Source: Acidimicrobiia bacterium
GTDB taxonomy: Bacteria; Actinomycetota; Acidimicrobiia; Spongiisociales; ZC4RG35
DNA: 62,323 nucleotides
NCBI GenBank assembly: GCA_040880765.1
Contig: JBBDHT010000063.1
Location: forward strand, 21,821 to 84,143
Direction: 5' to 3'
In this document: positions 25,845 through 37,226 of the stretch, in pieces
How the letters are laid out: every line of letters begins with the position of its first letter
Position numbering within the stretch: the stretch's first letter is position 1
Position numbers and translations under genes: made by a program
The notes under the pieces: model-generated
The model's input: only the letters and a program-made list of their open reading frames with translations
Databases searched by the model: none
What the model was told of the DNA's origin: nothing

Positions 25845-27148
25845 TTTCTCTCCCGTTTCCGGGTGACGATGTGAATCGGGTTGCCGGTGAAGTCAAATGC
25901 CTCACGAAGCCGGTTCTCGAGGAATCGCAGGTAATCATCCCCGAGGTCGCCACCCGAGTGGAAGAGGACGAAGGTAGGCGGAGCGGTACCTGCCTGGACG
26001 GCGTAGTGGATCTTGGGTCGACGGCCCTTCCGAACAGGTGGCAGGTGCGAGGAGGTCCAATCTCTGATCAGGCGATTCAGCTGACCTGTTCCTACCCGGT
26101 TGACCCGCGTCTCGAAAACCGTCGCAAGAGCAGATCCCAGCCGGTTGAGCCGGGCGCCGGTCGCTGCCGAAAGCCTGAGCACCGGCGCCCAGGACACGAA
26201 CCCGAAACGATCAGGCAGGGACCGCTCTGTCAACTCCCGTTGCTCTTCGTCGAGGGCGTCCCACTTGTTGAGGAGTATCACGAGGCCCACACCCGCCTCC
26301 ACGATCTCACTGGCGATCCGCTGATCCTGGTGGGTGACACCGTCAGTGGCGTCGATCATCAGGATTGCGACGTCGGCCTCCTTGAGCGCCTCTCTCGCCC
26401 GCACCACCGCATAGAAGTCGGCATCTTCGGTTATCTGCGGTTTTCGGCGGATCCCTGCCGTGTCGACGAGCGTGTATTCGACACCGTCGATCTCGACTTC
26501 GACGTCGATCGGGTCTCTCGTCGTCCCCGGCACTTCGGAGACGATCACTCGGTATTCGCCCACCAGGCGGTTGAGCAACGTCGACTTGCCGACATTGGGC
26601 CTGCCGACGATCGCCAAACGGGGACGGGGATCGGTCTCCGACTCTTCATGTTCTTCGGGGAGGAGGGAAGCCACCCGGTCGAGCAGCTCTCCCACTCCCC
26701 TCCCGTGATAGGCACTGATCGGGTAGGGCTCGTCGAGTCCCAGCGACCACAACCGCCCCACATCCCCCTCTGCCTTCTCGCTGTCGATCTTGTTGACAGC
26801 CAGGACGACAGGCACCCCGGTTCCCCGAAGCGTCGAAGTGGCGCCGGTGTCGTCGTCGGAGAGATCTGCGGTTCCGTCGACCACGAAAACCACCACGTCG
26901 GCGCCGCTCAATGCCGCCTCCGCCTGCTGCTTGATCGACTCGTCGATTCCTGTGCCGGGCTTCAACTCCCAGCCACCAGTGTCGACAACGATGAACCGAC
27001 GGCCGGCCCAATCGGCCTCGAATTGACGGCGGTCGCGTGTCACCCCGGGCATCTCCTCGACAACCGCGGTCCGTGATCCGATGATCCGGTTGACCAGAGT
27101 GGACTTGCCGACATTGGGCCGCCCGACAATGGCGACTACCGGGATCAT
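25841..27148 (-). CDS. der: Ribosome biogenesis GTPase Der (EngA)
   Basis: Two tandem GTPase domains, each with GRPNVGKSTL, DTGG/DTAG and NKxD, plus a C-terminal KH-like domain. Confidence 0.92.
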   Translation of the reverse strand: MIPVVAIVGRPNVGKSTLVNRIIGSRTAVVEEMPGVTRDRRQFEADWAGRRFIVVDTGGWELKPGTGIDESIKQQAEAALSGADVVVFVVDGTADLSDDDTGATSTLRGTGVPVVLAVNKIDSEKAEGDVGRLWSLGLDEPYPISAYHGRGVGELLDRVASLLPEEHEESETDPRPRLAIVGRPNVGKSTLLNRLVGEYRVIVSEVPGTTRDPIDVEVEIDGVEYTLVDTAGIRRKPQITEDADFYAVVRAREALKEADVAILMIDATDGVTHQDQRIASEIVEAGVGLVILLNKWDALDEEQRELTERSLPDRFGFVSWAPVLRLSAATGARLNRLGSALATVFETRVNRVGTGQLNRLIRDWTSSHLPPVRKGRRPKIHYAVQAGTAPPTFVLFHSGGDLGDDYLRFLENRLREAFDFTGNPIHIVTRKRERK

Positions 27149-27318
27149 GCTCTAGGAGCCTGTTGAATGATGCCGTTGCCGAGATTGGCGGCCAGGCGCG
27201 CCAATCGCAAGGCCGAGGTTTCGCCACTCCTCGGTCCGGAATGGCGGGGCCGAGAACGCAGCGAGTGGTGATGCCTGGTCGTCAAGATGGGTGACATGCA
27301 TTGTTCATCAGGCTCCCA

Positions 27319-28368
27319 CTAGGCGCTGATCAGTCTCAGGGCCTCGGAGGCGGTCCAGGTCCGATCCTGTTCGAGATACCCCGGGGCGGAGGGCCCCGAT
27401 GCGGTGACGCCGGCCTCGACCAGGTGCTGGAGTGTGCTCACGAATGCCCTCAATTGGGGTGGAAGGGGAAAGTACTCGGCCTCTTCGGTGACGTGCCACA
27501 ACTCGAACCCGCGCTCGGGGTCGATGAAGTCGATGACCTCCTCGATGAGATGGTCGGGTGCGCTCGCCCCGGCAGTCAGGCCTACAACGACCTTTCCGTT
27601 GAGCCACGCCGGGTCGATGTCCGCAGCCGAATCGATGCGGTGGGCCTCGACACCATTCTCCTCGGCAACGCGCACCAGGGCCTGGGTGTTCGACGAGTTG
27701 TGCGAGCCGACCACCAGGATCAGGTCACATTCGGCGGTCAGCTGGCTCACCGCCTCCTGTCTGTTGGTGGTGGCGTAACAGAGATCGGACTTACGGGCTG
27801 TTGCTAATTGGGGGAATCGCTCACTGGCATCTGCCATGACCGCCTGCCATTCGTGAAGGCCCAGTGTCGTCTGGGCGAGCAGCGCCACCCTCGACTCGTC
27901 CGCCGGGGAAAAGTCCCCCAGACCCTTTTCCGGCTCGACCAGGGTTATCGCATCGGGGGCCTCCGCAACTGTTCCGACCGCCTCATCGTGGCCCTCGTGC
28001 CCGATGTAGAGGATCTCATATCCCTTGGCTGACATTTTCTTGACCTCGTGATGAACCTTGGTCACCAGCGGGCACACCGCATCGATGACCACCGCGGCCC
28101 GTTCGGCGGCGCCGGCCACGACCTCCGGGGCGGAACCGTGGGCCGAAAGCATCACAGGCGCGCCGACCGGTACCTCATCGATGTCGTCGACGAAGATCAC
28201 ACCTACCTTTTCGAAGGCGCGGACCACCCATTCGTTATGGACGATCTCATGGAAGCAGTAGACCGGCGCCTCGAAGATACGGGTCATCCAGGTAAGGGCC
28301 TTGATGGCCATCTCCACACCGGCACAGAACCCTCTCGGCTCTGCAAGTAACACGCGTTCTACTGTCAT
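27319..28368 (-). CDS. ispH: 4-hydroxy-3-methylbut-2-enyl diphosphate reductase
   Basis: EPRGFCAGVEMAI, HEIVHN, and the conserved Cys contexts (AVCPLVTKVH, ATTNRQEAV). I trimmed the start to MTVERVLLAEPRG. Confidence 0.9.
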   Translation of the reverse strand: MTVERVLLAEPRGFCAGVEMAIKALTWMTRIFEAPVYCFHEIVHNEWVVRAFEKVGVIFVDDIDEVPVGAPVMLSAHGSAPEVVAGAAERAAVVIDAVCPLVTKVHHEVKKMSAKGYEILYIGHEGHDEAVGTVAEAPDAITLVEPEKGLGDFSPADESRVALLAQTTLGLHEWQAVMADASERFPQLATARKSDLCYATTNRQEAVSQLTAECDLILVVGSHNSSNTQALVRVAEENGVEAHRIDSAADIDPAWLNGKVVVGLTAGASAPDHLIEEVIDFIDPERGFELWHVTEEAEYFPLPPQLRAFVSTLQHLVEAGVTASGPSAPGYLEQDRTWTASEALRLISA

Positions 28369-28387
28369 TCCGGGCTCATGGTAGAGG

Positions 28388-29041
28388 TCATCCCGATGAA
28401 GGCTGACCTGCCAGTTCGACGATCCGGGCCACAACTTCGTCGATGGAGAGGTCAGTGGTGTCGATCACAACCGCCCCCGTTGGCACGGTCAATGGCGAAA
28501 CGGTCCTGGTGGAGTCGAATATATCGCGTCTTTCCTGGTCCTCGAGGACCCGGGCGACGTCCTGACCCGTCTCACCCGCTCGCCGCCGGGCCCTCACCTC
28601 CGGTGCTGCGTCGAGGTAGAGCTTCAATCCGGCGTCGGGGAAGACAATCGATCCGATATCCCTTCCCTCTACCACGGCTCGCTGCTCGCGAGACTCCACC
28701 CAGCGGCGTTGCTGCTCGACCAGTGCGTTTCTCACTCCGGCATGAGCGGAGACGATCGACACAGTATTGGTAACTTCCGGCAACCGGATCGCCCCGGTGA
28801 TGTCCTCCCCGTCGAGGTACATACGATCACCCACCTGGTCGAAGGACAAAGATTCAACCAGATCGACCACAGCCTGACTGTCTCCGGGGTCAACCTGATG
28901 CCTGAGGCAGGCAACGGTGGCCGCCCGGTAAAAGGCGCCCGTGTCGAGGTGGGGCAATTCGAGGGCAAGCGCCACCAGCCGTGACACCGTGCTCTTTCCC
29001 GTTCCCGCAGGTCCGTCGATGGTGATGATGGCGGGCTTCAC
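28388..29041 (-). CDS. cmk: Cytidylate kinase
   Basis: P-loop IDGPAGTGKSTV and DTGAFYRA, with typical Cmk length. Confidence 0.9.
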   Translation of the reverse strand: MKPAIITIDGPAGTGKSTVSRLVALALELPHLDTGAFYRAATVACLRHQVDPGDSQAVVDLVESLSFDQVGDRMYLDGEDITGAIRLPEVTNTVSIVSAHAGVRNALVEQQRRWVESREQRAVVEGRDIGSIVFPDAGLKLYLDAAPEVRARRRAGETGQDVARVLEDQERRDIFDSTRTVSPLTVPTGAVVIDTTDLSIDEVVARIVELAGQPSSG

Positions 29042-29213
29042 GGGGTTCGAGAGTAGACCTCAGGGAAGGGTTACGGAGAGGGACCGATCCAGGGGCGTCC
29101 TAGATGGGGGTTGTCTGGACAATGGGGGCAATGGACCGGTACAACCTCTCCGTGCCGAGAAACTTAGCAACTCTGACGAGGGTGCGCAGGCAATCCCACC
29201 GGATTGTGAGCGA

Positions 29214-30479
29214 TCATTCAGATTTGGTGAGAATTGCACCTGTGGTTGCCAGCCACTCCCAGTAGCCAGGCCATGTCTTGTTGACGACGTCAGGGTCATC
29301 GACGCTTATGCCGCTGACCACCAATCCGAGCAGGGCGAGGCTCATCGCAATGCGATGGTCGTTGTATGTGGAAAATGTGACCGGCTGTTCGGGTCCGGGC
29401 TCGATCTCGATCGAATCTGCGTCGGTGACAACGGTGGCGCCGAACCTGGTCAGCTCGGTGCGGAGGGCAGAAAGGCGGTCGGACTCCTTGAGGCGAAGAC
29501 TCTCCAGGCCGCCGATCCTGCTGGCACCGGCGGCACGAGAGCACACCACTGCAAGACACACCGCCGCATCCGGGGCTGCCGACATGTCCATCTCCACCGG
29601 CTCTAGCCGGTGAGGGCCGCGCACCAACGTGCCTGCTCCAGTTGGCTCGACGGAACAACCCATCCGGGACAGCACCTCGAGGATTTTCCTGTCCGGATGG
29701 TTACCCATGTCACCCATGATCTCGGCTGTGCCGCCGGTCAGCGCAGCCGCGCAGGCCGGGTAGACAGCCGACGAGGCGTCGATGGGGACTGCAAAGCTCG
29801 TAGCGAGATATCCGCCGCCTTCGACGCGGTATCCGTCCGGGATTGACACGACCCGGCCACCGAACTTGTCCATCACATCGACCGTGAGAGCGACATATTC
29901 GGCGGATGACTGCAGGCTTTCTACGGCGAGCGTGGTCGTCCCTCCCGCAAGAGGCGCGGCCAGCAACAGCGCCGACACCATCTGGCTGCTCGAGGAGGCA
30001 TCAACTGCAAACGTCCCGCTCCGGGCGGCACCGGAGGCGTCGATCCGCCACGGATATCCGCGCTCGACTTGCGCTCCACGTTGTTCCAGATTGTCTAAGA
30101 GGCCCTCCATCGGGCGCTCCGGGAGGCGCCCCCTTCCCTGGATCACAACGGGTGACGGTATGAATGGCGTCAGAGCGAGAAGAAACCTCGATGTCAGGCC
30201 CGACTCCCCCGCGTCGAGGGAGCCGGAAGGGGCTGAGAATTCACCGTTGACGCCGCTAACGGACCAAGACCCGTCACGGTCGGCGTATCGAGCACCCAGG
30301 GCCGTCAGACACTCCCTCGCCCGTATCGTGTCATCGGACTCCAGGGGTCCCACGATCATGCTTTCACCTGCAGCTGCAGCGGCGGCAAAAACAGCGCGGA
30401 TCGTATGCGACTTGGAGCCAGGAGGTCGCACTCTGATCTCAGGTTGGTGCTCCGGCGGTTCTATCGAGATTCGGGTCAA
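29214..30479 (-). CDS. aroA: 3-phosphoshikimate 1-carboxyvinyltransferase (EPSP synthase)
   Basis: PGSKSHTIRA near the N-terminus, YNDHRIAMSLALLGL near the C-terminus, ~420 aa. Confidence 0.85.
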   Translation of the reverse strand: MTRISIEPPEHQPEIRVRPPGSKSHTIRAVFAAAAAAGESMIVGPLESDDTIRARECLTALGARYADRDGSWSVSGVNGEFSAPSGSLDAGESGLTSRFLLALTPFIPSPVVIQGRGRLPERPMEGLLDNLEQRGAQVERGYPWRIDASGAARSGTFAVDASSSSQMVSALLLAAPLAGGTTTLAVESLQSSAEYVALTVDVMDKFGGRVVSIPDGYRVEGGGYLATSFAVPIDASSAVYPACAAALTGGTAEIMGDMGNHPDRKILEVLSRMGCSVEPTGAGTLVRGPHRLEPVEMDMSAAPDAAVCLAVVCSRAAGASRIGGLESLRLKESDRLSALRTELTRFGATVVTDADSIEIEPGPEQPVTFSTYNDHRIAMSLALLGLVVSGISVDDPDVVNKTWPGYWEWLATTGAILTKSE

Positions 30480-31198
30480 ATTCTGGCTGCTTTCATCAGC
30501 ACGAGAACTTCGGAGTTACTGAGCAACCGCGACTCGCCAGGTTTGAGGTTTGGGTCTGTAAGCGGCCCGATAGCCGTCCGAACCAAGCGCGTGGTGTCAT
30601 AACCGATTGCTTCGAGCATTCTCCGTACCTCGCGATTGCGCCCTTCTTCCATGATCACCTCGACCTGAGTCCTGCCACCCTGCTGGTCGACGATACGTGC
30701 CCGCACGGCGCGGGCGGTGCCGTCGGATAACTCAACTCCGGATTCGAGTCGTCGCACTTCGCTGGCTCTGGCGGTCCCGTCGATCTGCGCCAGGTACCTC
30801 TTGGTTATCCCGTATCTCGGGTGGGTTACCCGCTCGGTCAAATCACCGTCGTTGGAGACCAGGATCAACCCTTCGGAGTCGGCGTCCAGCCGGCCCACCG
30901 GATACAACCGGACTCCGGAATCCACCAGGTCAACGACAGTCTTCCGCCCCTGTGGGTCGCTGGCGGTGCTGATCACCCCCACGGGCTTGTAAAGGAGGTG
31001 GGTCTCGGTGTCAGCCAGCAAGGGGATGGGGGCGCCGTCGAGCGTCACTCTTTGGGTGTCGACCTCGACCCGATCTCCGAGGACTGCGGTGCGACCGTCG
31101 ATCGCGACCCGGCCCGCAGCAATGGCTTCTTCGGCAGACCGACGTGACATGAGCCCGGCATGAGCAATTGCCTTCTGGACGCGGATCCGCTCCGCCAT
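30476..31198 (-). CDS. rluB: rRNA pseudouridine synthase (RluB/RsuA family)
   Basis: N-terminal S4 domain (RVQKAIAHAGLMSRRSAEEAI) and catalytic GRLDADSEGL. Confidence 0.85.
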   Translation of the reverse strand: MAERIRVQKAIAHAGLMSRRSAEEAIAAGRVAIDGRTAVLGDRVEVDTQRVTLDGAPIPLLADTETHLLYKPVGVISTASDPQGRKTVVDLVDSGVRLYPVGRLDADSEGLILVSNDGDLTERVTHPRYGITKRYLAQIDGTARASEVRRLESGVELSDGTARAVRARIVDQQGGRTQVEVIMEEGRNREVRRMLEAIGYDTTRLVRTAIGPLTDPNLKPGESRLLSNSEVLVLMKAARI

Positions 31199-31205
31199 TG
31201 TGGGA

Positions 31206-31772
31206 TCAGGATCCCGGCCGGAGGGAGTCTTCCAGGCCTTCGAGTGCTTGCGCTGGAGGGACGTGGTCCGCCAGGGGGGGAAGCTCGGATACAGAGTTCA
31301 GACCGAGTTTCTCGAGGAATAGCGTGGTGGTCCCGTATATCGCCGGATTGCCGGGCAAACTGAGCCGGTCGACTTCTTCGATGAACCCGAGTCGCTCCAG
31401 AGTCCGCACCGCAGAGTCGGAGTCAACACCGCGAATCTCGGCGATCTGGCTTCTCGCCACCGGCTGGCGATAGGCAACCACGGCAAGAGTCTCGATCGCC
31501 GCAGCAGACAGCTTCCTCGCTGTTGCCGTCGAACTGAATCTCTCGAGATACGGGTAGGTCTCCGGATGGCTGTAAAGCCGCCAGCCTCCAGCCGTGGACC
31601 TAACCACCAGCCCGCTCGCCCGCTCCTCCATCTCCGATTGCAGTTCGCCGATCACAGACTCGACTTCCTCAGCCGGGATTTCGAGAATCTCGGCGAGCTC
31701 ATTGGTCGGAACCGGCGACTCAGTCACGAACAGGATCGACTCGATGGCCGACCTGGCGTTCACGAAGCCCAT
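31206..31772 (-). CDS. scpB: SMC-Scp complex subunit ScpB
   Basis: ESILFVTESPV..., LSAAAIETLAVVAYRQPVARSQIAEIRGV and YGTTTLFLEKLGL are typical ScpB. Confidence 0.85.
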   Translation of the reverse strand: MGFVNARSAIESILFVTESPVPTNELAEILEIPAEEVESVIGELQSEMEERASGLVVRSTAGGWRLYSHPETYPYLERFSSTATARKLSAAAIETLAVVAYRQPVARSQIAEIRGVDSDSAVRTLERLGFIEEVDRLSLPGNPAIYGTTTLFLEKLGLNSVSELPPLADHVPPAQALEGLEDSLRPGS

Positions 31773-32521
31773 TCCGAGGTGAGGGCCGAGTCCTCGCTAC
31801 CGAGGTGGCGTACCCGGATCTCCGATAGCCAGTCTTCCTGGTGGACCTCAACCAGGCCCCAACGTGCCATTTCCAGCAGGGCGAGTAAGTAGGCGGCCAC
31901 CTCGACGGGCCGTCGGCAATGCTGGGTGAGTGTGTCGAAATCGGAGAGGGTGGCATCTGCGATCCTTGCCCGGAGCTCAGCAATCGCCGACTCCACCGAA
32001 GGCAAGTCCAGCTCGAGATGGTCAAGGTCGGGTTCGTCGGGCTTTCGGGTGAATACACGATGGGCCGTTTCAGCAAGGGCTGCTGCGTTGACCGGGAGCT
32101 CTGTTATCGCCGGCCTGGTCTTGATCACCTGATCCATCCCCGAGACCCGGGGCACGAACCGGTTTCCTTCCTGCAGCCGCCTGGCGAGCACGGCTGCCAC
32201 ATCCTTGAACGTGACACAGGCAAGGAGCCGCGACAGGAGACGATCGCGTTCTTCGAGCAGCAGGAGCTCGTCGTCGAGGTCGAACTCCCCGCGTGAGGGC
32301 AGAAGCGAATGGGCTTTGAGCTGGACGAGAGTTGCCGCAATCAGCAAGAACTCCGAGGCGACCTCGAGATCGAGCTCGCGCATGTCGGCGACGAAAGCCA
32401 GATACTCGGAGACAACATCGGTCAACCCGATCGCCGATATCTCCAGCTGATGCTTGGAGATGAGTTGTAGCAACAGGTCGAGAGGTCCCTCGAACACAGC
32501 CGTCTTAACGTGATAAGTCAT
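31760..32521 (-). CDS. scpA: Segregation and condensation protein A (kleisin)
   Basis: FEGPLDLLLQLISKHQLEI is the typical ScpA N-terminus. It overlaps scpB. Confidence 0.85.
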   Translation of the reverse strand: MTYHVKTAVFEGPLDLLLQLISKHQLEISAIGLTDVVSEYLAFVADMRELDLEVASEFLLIAATLVQLKAHSLLPSRGEFDLDDELLLLEERDRLLSRLLACVTFKDVAAVLARRLQEGNRFVPRVSGMDQVIKTRPAITELPVNAAALAETAHRVFTRKPDEPDLDHLELDLPSVESAIAELRARIADATLSDFDTLTQHCRRPVEVAAYLLALLEMARWGLVEVHQEDWLSEIRVRHLGSEDSALTSEWAS

Positions 32522-32535
32522 CTGGTGACTTCAGG

Positions 32536-33045
32536 TTATCGACGCCGGCGCGCAAGTCTGGCCTTTGCCGGGACATCTGCGTCCTGGAGAAGGTTCCAGT
32601 CTTTCTCATCCACAGTGTCCGGCCGTGACCCGTGATGGTGCCTGGCAAAGTCGACCACCATGGCCGGTGAGCCGGCATCCGCCAGGTCAACTGCGCCGAT
32701 CGCGCCGTGATCGCGATAGTCCCTCATTCTTCCTGTCATAGGCAACCCGGCCTTTATCAACAGCGAGGCAACCACCCGTCCCACCACTCCCAACCCGGTG
32801 CGGCGTTTCCCGACATCGTGGAGGAGTGCAGCCCTGATGGTTTCCTCCGATTGTCTCCCGGATGCAATCACAACGAGGGCGGCTTCGAATCCATGAGTCT
32901 GATCTCTGGGGCTCTGTTCGAAGAAGATACGGGCTTCGGCGGCGGACAGGAACGACCTGACGGTTTGACTGTCGGACTCGGTGAGCGGCCGGGCACCGAG
33001 GTAGTCGAAGAACCTGGCTGTCAGGTGCCCGAACGACCCCGGCAT
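32536..33045 (-). CDS. HD-domain protein
   Basis: H...HD pattern (QTHGFEAALV ... ALLHDVGK) and a later RHHHG. Confidence 0.7.
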   Translation of the reverse strand: MPGSFGHLTARFFDYLGARPLTESDSQTVRSFLSAAEARIFFEQSPRDQTHGFEAALVVIASGRQSEETIRAALLHDVGKRRTGLGVVGRVVASLLIKAGLPMTGRMRDYRDHGAIGAVDLADAGSPAMVVDFARHHHGSRPDTVDEKDWNLLQDADVPAKARLARRRR

Positions 33046-33047
33046 AA

Positions 33048-33398
33048 TCAGCGCGAGGTTGTCTTGCAGTCGATGCAGAGGATCGAGGACGGCCGGGCTT
33101 CGAGCCTGGCTTTAGGGATGTCCTTGCCACAGTTGGCGCACTTGCCATATTTCCCCGATTCGATCCTTGCCAGCGCTGCGTCGACGTCGTCGAGCTGGCT
33201 CTTGATCGAATCTACGAGACCGAGGACCTCGGTTCTTTCGGCTGTCACCGACCCCGCATCCGCGAAACTGTCACCGAAGTCGAGATCGGAACGCAGGTCG
33301 CCGGATTCGGCGGCGCCGAGATCGTCCAACTGGTGGACGAGGTGTTTACGCTCTTCGGTCAGGGCGGTTTTGGCTTCGGATGTGTTGAAGGTGCTCAT
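33048..33398 (-). CDS. TraR/DksA family zinc-finger protein
   Basis: Coiled-coil N-terminal part and a C4 finger CANCGKDIPKARLEARPSSILCIDC. Confidence 0.75.
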   Translation of the reverse strand: MSTFNTSEAKTALTEERKHLVHQLDDLGAAESGDLRSDLDFGDSFADAGSVTAERTEVLGLVDSIKSQLDDVDAALARIESGKYGKCANCGKDIPKARLEARPSSILCIDCKTTSR

Positions 33399-34288
33399 CG
33401 GCTCCTCGGGTGGGCTTCCATGTATATCTCCAAGAGATGGGTCGAACTCACTCTTGTGTAGACCTGGGTGGTAGTGATCGTAGCGTGACCCAGCAACTCT
33501 TGGACAGTTCTCAGGTCGGCACCCCTCTCGACCATGTGGGTGGCGGCGGAGTGTCGGAGGACATGCGGTGAGACTTTCTCAATACTGATACCGCTGGCCC
33601 GGGCTGCCTCCCGAACCACGTTGAACGCCGCCTGTCGGCTCAGACGCCGGCCGCGCACACTTGTGAACAGCGGATCCCCGTTCTGGCGCCGACTGACAAC
33701 GTGACTCCGGTCGGGTAGCCATCTGGCTATGGCATCCACCGCCTTTTCGCCGAGGGGGACCATTCGCTGTTTCGATCCCTTGCCGGTGACTATCGCCACG
33801 CGGTCTTCGATGTCGACGCCGGTGACATCGAGTGCTACCGCTTCGGAGACGCGGGCCCCGGTGCCGTACAGGAACTCGAGGAGGGCGGAATCGCGCTTTC
33901 CCTTCAATGTGCTCGAGTCCGGGGACTCGATGAGGCCGATGACCTCGTCGACTGTCAAGGCCTTGGGCAGCGGGTCACCCTGCTTCGGCGTGTCGATGAG
34001 AAGGGTCGGATCTTCGTCGCGCATGCCCTCGGCGACCAGAAACCTGTGCAGGCCCCTGATCGAAGCAATCTTGCGGGCGATGGTCGTGGCGGCGAAACCG
34101 GCATCCCGCAGGTAATGCACATACTTCTCGACAGCCGGCGGATCCGGTTCCGCTCCCGCCAGAAACTCCTGGTACTGGGCGAGATCGTGCTCGTAAGCGA
34201 TGATCGTGTTCGCGGCGAGGCCGCGCTCGACTCGAAGCGAAACCAGGTATTCGTCGACGCAGGAGGCGATATCCTGCCGGTCGCTCAC
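33395..34288 (-). CDS. xerD: Site-specific tyrosine recombinase XerD
   Basis: SAM-like N-domain, catalytic R...HxxR (LRHSAATH)...Y (TTQVYTRV). Chromosomal context next to scpAB. Confidence 0.85.
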   Translation of the reverse strand: MSDRQDIASCVDEYLVSLRVERGLAANTIIAYEHDLAQYQEFLAGAEPDPPAVEKYVHYLRDAGFAATTIARKIASIRGLHRFLVAEGMRDEDPTLLIDTPKQGDPLPKALTVDEVIGLIESPDSSTLKGKRDSALLEFLYGTGARVSEAVALDVTGVDIEDRVAIVTGKGSKQRMVPLGEKAVDAIARWLPDRSHVVSRRQNGDPLFTSVRGRRLSRQAAFNVVREAARASGISIEKVSPHVLRHSAATHMVERGADLRTVQELLGHATITTTQVYTRVSSTHLLEIYMEAHPRSR

Positions 34289-35406
34289 TGGCGAGCCAGC
34301 GCCTCGCTGACCGGGGTGAAGTCGGCGCCGAGACTGTTGGCCACTCCGTCATGGCACACCATGTCATCGACGATGTTGACGCCCGGAGCCAGCTCGGGAT
34401 GGTCGATCACGGCCTGTTTGACGCCCTTGTCGGCGAGGGAGGTGGCGTAGCGGAGCGTGGCGTTGGTGAGGGCATAGGTAGAGGTGTGTGGCACCGCCCC
34501 GGGTATGTTGCCTACGGCATAGTGGACAACGTCGTCAACCGTATAGGTCGGCTCGGCGTGGGTTGTCTCCCGGGAAGTCTCGAAACACCCACCCTGGTCT
34601 ATTGCAACGTCGACGAGCACCGATCCCTTCTTCATCGCGCTGACCATTTCTCCAGTGACCAGCTTCGGCGCCGCGGCACCCGGGATGAGGACGGTGCCGA
34701 TCACGAGGTCTGCGGTTAGCACCTGCTGTTCGAGGTTGAGCCGGTTCGAGTGAACGGTCACGATCCGCCCTTGATGCAATGAGTCGAGGTGCCGCAACTT
34801 GTTGAGATCGTTGTCGAGGACGATGACCTCGGCCTGCATGCCCATCGCGATAACGGCGGCATTCGATCCGGCGATCCCGCCACCGATCACGACCACTTTT
34901 GCCGGTGTGACTCCGGCAACTCCGCCCAGGAGAATTCCCCGGCCTCCATGGGCCTTCTCCAGGAAATAGGCTCCGGCCTGGGTGGCCATGCGACCCGCGA
35001 TCTCCGACATCGGGGCGAGGAGCGGCAGGCTCCGGTCTGGCATCTGGACCGTCTCGTAGGCAATGGCGACGATCCCCCGCTTCCGGAGCTTCTCTGCCAT
35101 CTCCGGATAGGCAGCGAGGTGGAGATAGGTGAAGAGGACCTGTCCTGAGTGAAACATGTCGATCTCGCTGTCCTGAGGTTCTTTGACCTTGACGATCATC
35201 TCTGCGGTCGAGAACACCTCGGAGGCAGTTCCGACGATCTCCGCACCCTGGTCACGGAACTCGTCATCGGAGATCGTCGATCCTTCCCCGGCGCCGGCTT
35301 CGACCAGCACCCTGTGCCCGCGTTCGGTGAGCTCACGCGCACCCACAGGTGTCAAAGCCACACGGTGCTCTGCGGTCTTGATTTCTTTCGGGACTCCGAC
35401 AATCAA
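34285..35406 (-). CDS. ald: Alanine dehydrogenase
   Basis: MIVGVPKEIKTAEHRVALTP N-terminus and NAD site VIGGGIAGSNAA. Confidence 0.9.
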   Translation of the reverse strand: MIVGVPKEIKTAEHRVALTPVGARELTERGHRVLVEAGAGEGSTISDDEFRDQGAEIVGTASEVFSTAEMIVKVKEPQDSEIDMFHSGQVLFTYLHLAAYPEMAEKLRKRGIVAIAYETVQMPDRSLPLLAPMSEIAGRMATQAGAYFLEKAHGGRGILLGGVAGVTPAKVVVIGGGIAGSNAAVIAMGMQAEVIVLDNDLNKLRHLDSLHQGRIVTVHSNRLNLEQQVLTADLVIGTVLIPGAAAPKLVTGEMVSAMKKGSVLVDVAIDQGGCFETSRETTHAEPTYTVDDVVHYAVGNIPGAVPHTSTYALTNATLRYATSLADKGVKQAVIDHPELAPGVNIVDDMVCHDGVANSLGADFTPVSEALARQ

Positions 35407-35474
35407 CTGCTGATCCTCTCTCTCTGAACCCGTGCTCTGACCGAATGACCGCCGATGGGTTGTCTGACTGGAGC

Positions 35475-37226
<1,752 letters not shown>

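Noticed and set aside
25799-27076. 425-aa plus-strand ORF opposite der
   Set aside because: It is antisense to der, whose two GTPase domains are unmistakable. Shadow ORF.
29042-29213. 172-nt gap between aroA and cmk examined for small ORFs, gene remnants or structured RNA
   Set aside because: I recognised no protein-like frame, strong hairpin or known motif by eye. It probably holds the cmk promoter. I cannot exclude a small RNA without a covariance search.
33395-34288. Tyrosine recombinase considered as a possible mobile-element integrase
   Set aside because: Its sequence and context (next to scpAB, pyrG and recN, as in other actinobacteria) fit chromosomal XerD. There are no flanking phage or ICE genes or repeats.
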